Shown in pieces: positions 18,699 to 23,118 of a DNA stretch of 23,118 nt. The stretch is from Candidatus Dadabacteria bacterium. GTDB lineage: Bacteria; Desulfobacterota_D; UBA1144; Nemesobacterales; CSP1-2. The DNA lies in contig PSLL01000018.1 of NCBI GenBank assembly GCA_040289575.1, positions 37,564 through 60,681 on the forward strand. Reading direction: 5' to 3'. Below the pieces are notes generated by a model that saw only the letters and a list, made by a program, of their open reading frames with translations, made no database searches and had not been told where the DNA came from. Positions within the stretch are counted from its first letter, which is position 1. Each line of letters opens with the position of its first letter. Position numbers and translations under genes: made by a program.

Positions 18699-21600
18699 TT
18701 GAGTTCTAATTTGAGTTTTGAGGGAACAGAATCATACAGATTAAGAAAGAGCTTTTCAAAAATACCGATAGTTCTTGATGTGCCTCATCTCCTTGAGGTT
18801 CAGCTTAAATCTTATGCCGACTTCCTTCAAGCTGACATAAAACCTGAAGAGAGAAAGGAAATAGGGCTTCACCGCGCATTCAAGAGCATCTTCCCTGTTG
18901 AGGACTATAATCAGAGGGCATCTCTTGAGTATGTGAGCTATCGTATTGATAAACCCAAGCACGAACCGAATGAATGTCGTATGAAGGGCTACACCTATGT
19001 CGCTCCGCTTTATGTAACGTTCCGTCTTGTAATCTGGAATACGCCTTCCGAATCAGGCGATGAACGTACGATAAGAGACGTGAAGGAACAGGAGGTCTAT
19101 TTTGGCGAGGTTCCGCTTATGACATCAAACGGTGCCTTTATCATAAATGGCACTGAGAGGGCAATCGTTAATCAACTTCACCGCTCACCAGGGGTATTTT
19201 TTGATCAGGTAAAAAAAGACCAGACTACTGGAAGGATCTCTTTCTCAGCAAGAATCGTTCCGCAGGATGGAAGATGGCTCGATTTTGAATTTGACTCTAA
19301 GGACCTTCTCCATGTAAGGATTGATAGAAAGAAGAGGTTTCTCGTCTCCGTGCTTCTTAAATCACTTGGATACAGTGCCAAGGACATAATGCTCTATTTC
19401 TATCCAACTGAAACGATCTATTTTGAACACGATGGGATAAAAAAGAGCGTCGATCCGGAGATCCTCTTTTTTCAGAGATCGAGCACTGACATACTGGACC
19501 CCAAGACCGGCGATGTTATAGTTAAAAAGGGTAGAAAATTCGTAAGAAATCTCATTGAAAAGCTACATCAGGCAAAGATAGACAGGATTCCAATTCAAAT
19601 AACCGACGTAGTAGATAGACCCTCCGCCGATGATATAGTGGATGAAAAGACCGGAGAAGTTATAGTCAATTTCAATGAGGAGATTACAGAGGAGAAACTC
19701 CGGGAGATAATGGCGCGGGGAATAAAGGAGTTTAAGGTCTTCTACATAGATAATGTCAATGTAGTCTCATCACTTAGAAACACCATTCTAGCTGATAAGA
19801 TTAAGACCCCTCAGGATGCTATTGTAGAGATCTACAAAAAATTTAGGCCCACAGATCCGCCGACACTCAGCGTTGCAGAGAACTTTTTCTATAATCTGTT
19901 CTTTAATCCCGATACATACAGGCTCTCTAAGGTGGGACGCATCAAGATGAACTATAAACTTGGCTCTCCGGTTCCGGATGACGTGTTTACTCTTACAAAA
20001 GAAGATATAATGAGGACAATTAAGTATCTTCTTTACCTCAAAGGTGGGAGGGGAACGATCGAGGATATTGATCACTCTGGGAAGAAGGTAGTACGTACAG
20101 TAACAATCGACGACATTGACCATTTGGGGAATAGAAGAGTGCGCACTGTGGGAGAGCTCGTAGAAGATCGCTTCTATCACGGGCTTGAGAGGCTTGCAAG
20201 GTCTGTAAGAGAGAAGATGGGGTATCAGACCATAGAGAATTTCATGCCGAGTGAGCTCCTTATTCCAAAGACCGTTATAGCCGTCGTGAAAGAGTTCTTT
20301 GCTACTGGACAGCTTTCCCAGTTTATGGACCAGACAAATCCGTTGTCTGAAATCACGCACAAGAGAAGATTGAGCGCCCTTGGTCCAGGCGGTCTTACAA
20401 GGGAGCGAGCGGGGTTTGAGGTCCGCGATGTTCATGCCTCTCACTATGGAAGGATATGCCCCATTGAAACCCCTGAGGGACCCAACATCGGTCTTATCTC
20501 TAGTCTCAGCACATACGCAAAGGTAAACGAATACGGATTCATACAAACTCCATATAGAGTCGTAAAGAATGGAAGGGTAACGAATGAGATCGTCTATTTG
20601 AATGCTCTTGAAGAAGAGGAATACAGAATAGCTCAAGCAAATGCCCCTTTAGATGAAGAGGGGCGTTTTAAATCCGAGCTTGTCTCAGCACGCTATAGGG
20701 GCGAGTTCCTCATGGTCGAACGCGATAGGGTTGAGATGATGGATGTTTCTCCTGCTCAACTGGTCTCTGTTTCTGCATCCCTTATTCCGTTTCTTGAGCA
20801 TGATGATGCAAACCGTGCTCTTATGGGATCAAACATGCAGCGTCAGGCTGTTCCGCTTATTCGTACTACTGCGCCCCTTGTTGGGACAGGTCTTGAGAAA
20901 ACAGTGGCTAAGGATTCAGGTGTTGCGGTACTTGCAGTAAGAGATGGTTTTGTTGAGTACGTAGATGCTGCGAGGATTGTTGTAAGGGTTTCAAGCGATG
21001 GTAATGATGCTGGAGTTGACATTTATAACCTAATTAAGTTTCAAAGATCTAATCAGAACACGTGCTGGAATCAAAGGCCCGTCGTCAAGAAGGGACAGGC
21101 GGTTGCCAAGGGAGAAGTCATTGCCGATGGCCCTTCGACAGATCACGGTGAGCTTTCTCTCGGGCAGAATGTGATTGTAGCATTTATGCCCTGGGGTGGA
21201 TACAACTTTGAGGACGCGATTCTTATTAGTGAAAGGTTGGTTAAGGAGGATAAATTTACCTCTATTCACATTGAGGAATTTGAGTGCATGGCACGTGAGA
21301 CAAAGCTCGGGCGTGAGGAGATAACAAGGGATATACCCAATGTCGGTGAGGAAACACTCAAGGATCTGGATGAAAGTGGGATAATAAGAATTGGAGCTGA
21401 GGTAAAGCCCGGGGACATTCTTGTTGGAAAGATTTCTCCAAAAGGCGAGACTCAGCTCTCCCCTGAAGAGCGGCTCCTAAGGGCTATATTTGGGGATAAG
21501 GCGGGCGATGTCAAAGACACATCTCTTAGAGCCAACCCGGGGGTCTACGGGACTGTAATAGATGTGAGGATGCTTACCTCAAGGATGGTAGATAAAGATG

Positions 21601-22976
21601 AGAGGGCAAAAAGTATAGAGGATTTTGAGATAGCGCGCCTCAGACAGGATAGAGATGACGAAATAAAGATTCTCAAAGAAGGTGCCCTTGAAAGGATAAA
21701 GTCGCTTCTTCTCGATAGGGTTGCAGCACAGAGATTCATAATAAACAGAAAAACGTTGATCAAAAAAGGGGAAAAGATAACTGAAGGTGTGCTAAATAAC
21801 ATTCCGTTTGAAAAGCTCACTGACATCAGTGTTGAGAGGGGAGAGTCAGTTGAGCACGAGGTTAAAAGAACGATTGAAAGGACGCTTGAGCAGATTGATC
21901 TAGTGAAGTTGGTCTATGATCAGAGAATACAAAAACTCACCCGACCCGATGAGCTTCCGCCGGGGGTTTTAAAAATCGTGAAGGTGCATATTGCGGTAAA
22001 GAGAAAGCTTCAAGTAGGGGATAAGATGGCGGGAAGGCACGGCAACAAAGGGGTTATATCAAAGATCCTTCCCGAAGAGGATATGCCGTATCTGCCAGAC
22101 GGAACCCCGGTTGATATGGTGCTAAACCCTCTGGGAGTTCCTTCGAGAATGAACGTAGGGCAGATTCTTGAGACGCACCTTGGCTGGGCTGCAAAGGAGA
22201 TTGGGCGTCAGCTAAATGAGTATATTGAGCGTGAGTTTAGCTCGACTTCACTTAGAAGGAAGCTCAAAGAGATTTATGAATCGAAAGAGATCAGACGGTT
22301 TATAGATGAAATGAGTGATGAGGAGGTATTAGAGTTCACAAAGAGACTAAATGAGGGGATACCTATTGAATCCCCCGTGTTTGACGGCGCGACTGAAAAA
22401 GAGGTAAAGGATATGCTCAGATCGGCTGGGCTTCCGGAGGATGGAAAAACAATTCTTTTTGACGGGCGCACGGGGGAACCGTTTGATCAAAAGGTCACGG
22501 TTGGTGTTATGTATATGCTCAAACTCCACCATCTCGTAGAGGATAAGATTCATGCAAGAGCGATAGGTCCTTATTCTCTTGTCACTCAGCAGCCCCTCGG
22601 CGGCAAGGCTCATTTTGGAGGACAGAGGCTTGGAGAGATGGAGGTATGGGCTCTTGAGGCCTATGGCGCGGGCTATACGCTTCAAGAATTTCTCACTGTG
22701 AAATCAGACGATGTAGTTGGAAGAACCAGGATATTTGATTCCGTTGTAAAGGGCGACATGAATTTTGAGCCTGGCCTTCCTGAATCGTTCAAGGTTCTCG
22801 TAAAAGAACTCCAAGCCCTGGCACTTGATATAGATCTAATTGAAAACGACGGATTAGACAAGTTCACCACCGGTACTCCGGCGAAGCCTGCCCTTGGCAA
22901 GGGCGAAGGGCTTACCGCAGGCGTTGGGGGAAGAGCGGGATCACAGAGGTCAAAAGAAAAGACATTGAGAGACTAA
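18699..22976 (+). CDS. rpoB: DNA-directed RNA polymerase subunit beta
   Basis: [73 protein letters not shown]. Probable TTG start at 18699 after GGGGGAG; the ORF track starts at 18663. Confidence 0.99.
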   Translation: MSSNLSFEGTESYRLRKSFSKIPIVLDVPHLLEVQLKSYADFLQADIKPEERKEIGLHRAFKSIFPVEDYNQRASLEYVSYRIDKPKHEPNECRMKGYTYVAPLYVTFRLVIWNTPSESGDERTIRDVKEQEVYFGEVPLMTSNGAFIINGTERAIVNQLHRSPGVFFDQVKKDQTTGRISFSARIVPQDGRWLDFEFDSKDLLHVRIDRKKRFLVSVLLKSLGYSAKDIMLYFYPTETIYFEHDGIKKSVDPEILFFQRSSTDILDPKTGDVIVKKGRKFVRNLIEKLHQAKIDRIPIQITDVVDRPSADDIVDEKTGEVIVNFNEEITEEKLREIMARGIKEFKVFYIDNVNVVSSLRNTILADKIKTPQDAIVEIYKKFRPTDPPTLSVAENFFYNLFFNPDTYRLSKVGRIKMNYKLGSPVPDDVFTLTKEDIMRTIKYLLYLKGGRGTIEDIDHSGKKVVRTVTIDDIDHLGNRRVRTVGELVEDRFYHGLERLARSVREKMGYQTIENFMPSELLIPKTVIAVVKEFFATGQLSQFMDQTNPLSEITHKRRLSALGPGGLTRERAGFEVRDVHASHYGRICPIETPEGPNIGLISSLSTYAKVNEYGFIQTPYRVVKNGRVTNEIVYLNALEEEEYRIAQANAPLDEEGRFKSELVSARYRGEFLMVERDRVEMMDVSPAQLVSVSASLIPFLEHDDANRALMGSNMQRQAVPLIRTTAPLVGTGLEKTVAKDSGVAVLAVRDGFVEYVDAARIVVRVSSDGNDAGVDIYNLIKFQRSNQNTCWNQRPVVKKGQAVAKGEVIADGPSTDHGELSLGQNVIVAFMPWGGYNFEDAILISERLVKEDKFTSIHIEEFECMARETKLGREEITRDIPNVGEETLKDLDESGIIRIGAEVKPGDILVGKISPKGETQLSPEERLLRAIFGDKAGDVKDTSLRANPGVYGTVIDVRMLTSRMVDKDERAKSIEDFEIARLRQDRDDEIKILKEGALERIKSLLLDRVAAQRFIINRKTLIKKGEKITEGVLNNIPFEKLTDISVERGESVEHEVKRTIERTLEQIDLVKLVYDQRIQKLTRPDELPPGVLKIVKVHIAVKRKLQVGDKMAGRHGNKGVISKILPEEDMPYLPDGTPVDMVLNPLGVPSRMNVGQILETHLGWAAKEIGRQLNEYIEREFSSTSLRRKLKEIYESKEIRRFIDEMSDEEVLEFTKRLNEGIPIESPVFDGATEKEVKDMLRSAGLPEDGKTILFDGRTGEPFDQKVTVGVMYMLKLHHLVEDKIHARAIGPYSLVTQQPLGGKAHFGGQRLGEMEVWALEAYGAGYTLQEFLTVKSDDVVGRTRIFDSVVKGDMNFEPGLPESFKVLVKELQALALDIDLIENDGLDKFTTGTPAKPALGKGEGLTAGVGGRAGSQRSKEKTLRD
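20055..20150 (+). repeat. Diverged in-frame 48-bp tandem duplication inside rpoB
   Basis: [16 protein letters not shown] (20055-20102) is followed directly by [16 protein letters not shown] (20103-20150). Hand count: 11/16 aa and 32/48 nt identical. Confidence 0.85.
22857..22922. repeat. GC-rich palindromic element within the RpoB C-terminal extension
   Basis: GCCTGC (22886-22891) / GCAGGC (22917-22922); GCCCTT-GGC-AAGGGC (22890-22904); CCGG-TACT-CCGG (22870-22881). Confidence 0.5.
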
Positions 22977-23118
22977 TCTTGGGTTAGAGAACATGATTTC
23001 TATATTAACAAATCCGACGTCTAGGCAGGAACAGTTGCGACAGACAGGCAGCAACCGGACACCAGTGGCTTACGCGGGTAGAAGGCGTCCAAAACGGAAG
23101 CGCTGAATAGAAGCTTCC

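Noticed and set aside
20292..20396. Rifampicin-resistance cluster I variant FFATGQLSQ (E. coli FFGSSQLSQ)
   Set aside because: The key contact residues equivalent to Q513, D516, H526 and S531 are all wild type, so there is no basis to call resistance.
19788..20636. 282-aa antisense ORF within rpoB, and other antisense or alternative-frame ORFs in glmU, purD, fusA, rplA and rplJ
   Set aside because: Shadow ORFs of conserved genes, with no recognisable motifs.

Overview
Bacterial chromosomal core region. The proteins look Deltaproteobacteria/Desulfobacterota-like, which is an inference only. Positions 1-5030 (minus strand) hold a surface-glycan operon: a GT2 glycosyltransferase, a Wzm/Wzt-type ABC exporter and two tandem paralogous GT2 genes, the last running off the window edge. 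On the plus strand come a macro-domain protein, a CoA-pyrophosphatase-type Nudix hydrolase, ssb, a cupin, glmU and purD. A consensus sigma70 promoter then precedes rpsL-rpsG-fusA-tuf-rpmG-tRNA(Trp)-secE-nusG-rplK-rplA-rplJ-rplL-rpoB. The most unusual signals sit inside this housekeeping block: (1) a diverged in-frame tandem duplication of the conserved [12 protein letters not shown] motif in RpoB; (2) a tuf gene with extreme C-depleted, G-rich synonymous codon usage that ends abruptly at the gene boundary; (3) the str operon joined through tuf directly to the rpmG-secE-nusG-rpoB block, as expected after tuf-tuf recombination or a misassembly; (4) small palindromic elements between ribosomal protein genes and within the RpoB C-terminal tail; (5) candidate multi-stem RNA structures on both sides of rpoB. 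I saw no CRISPR array, transposase or prophage gene.
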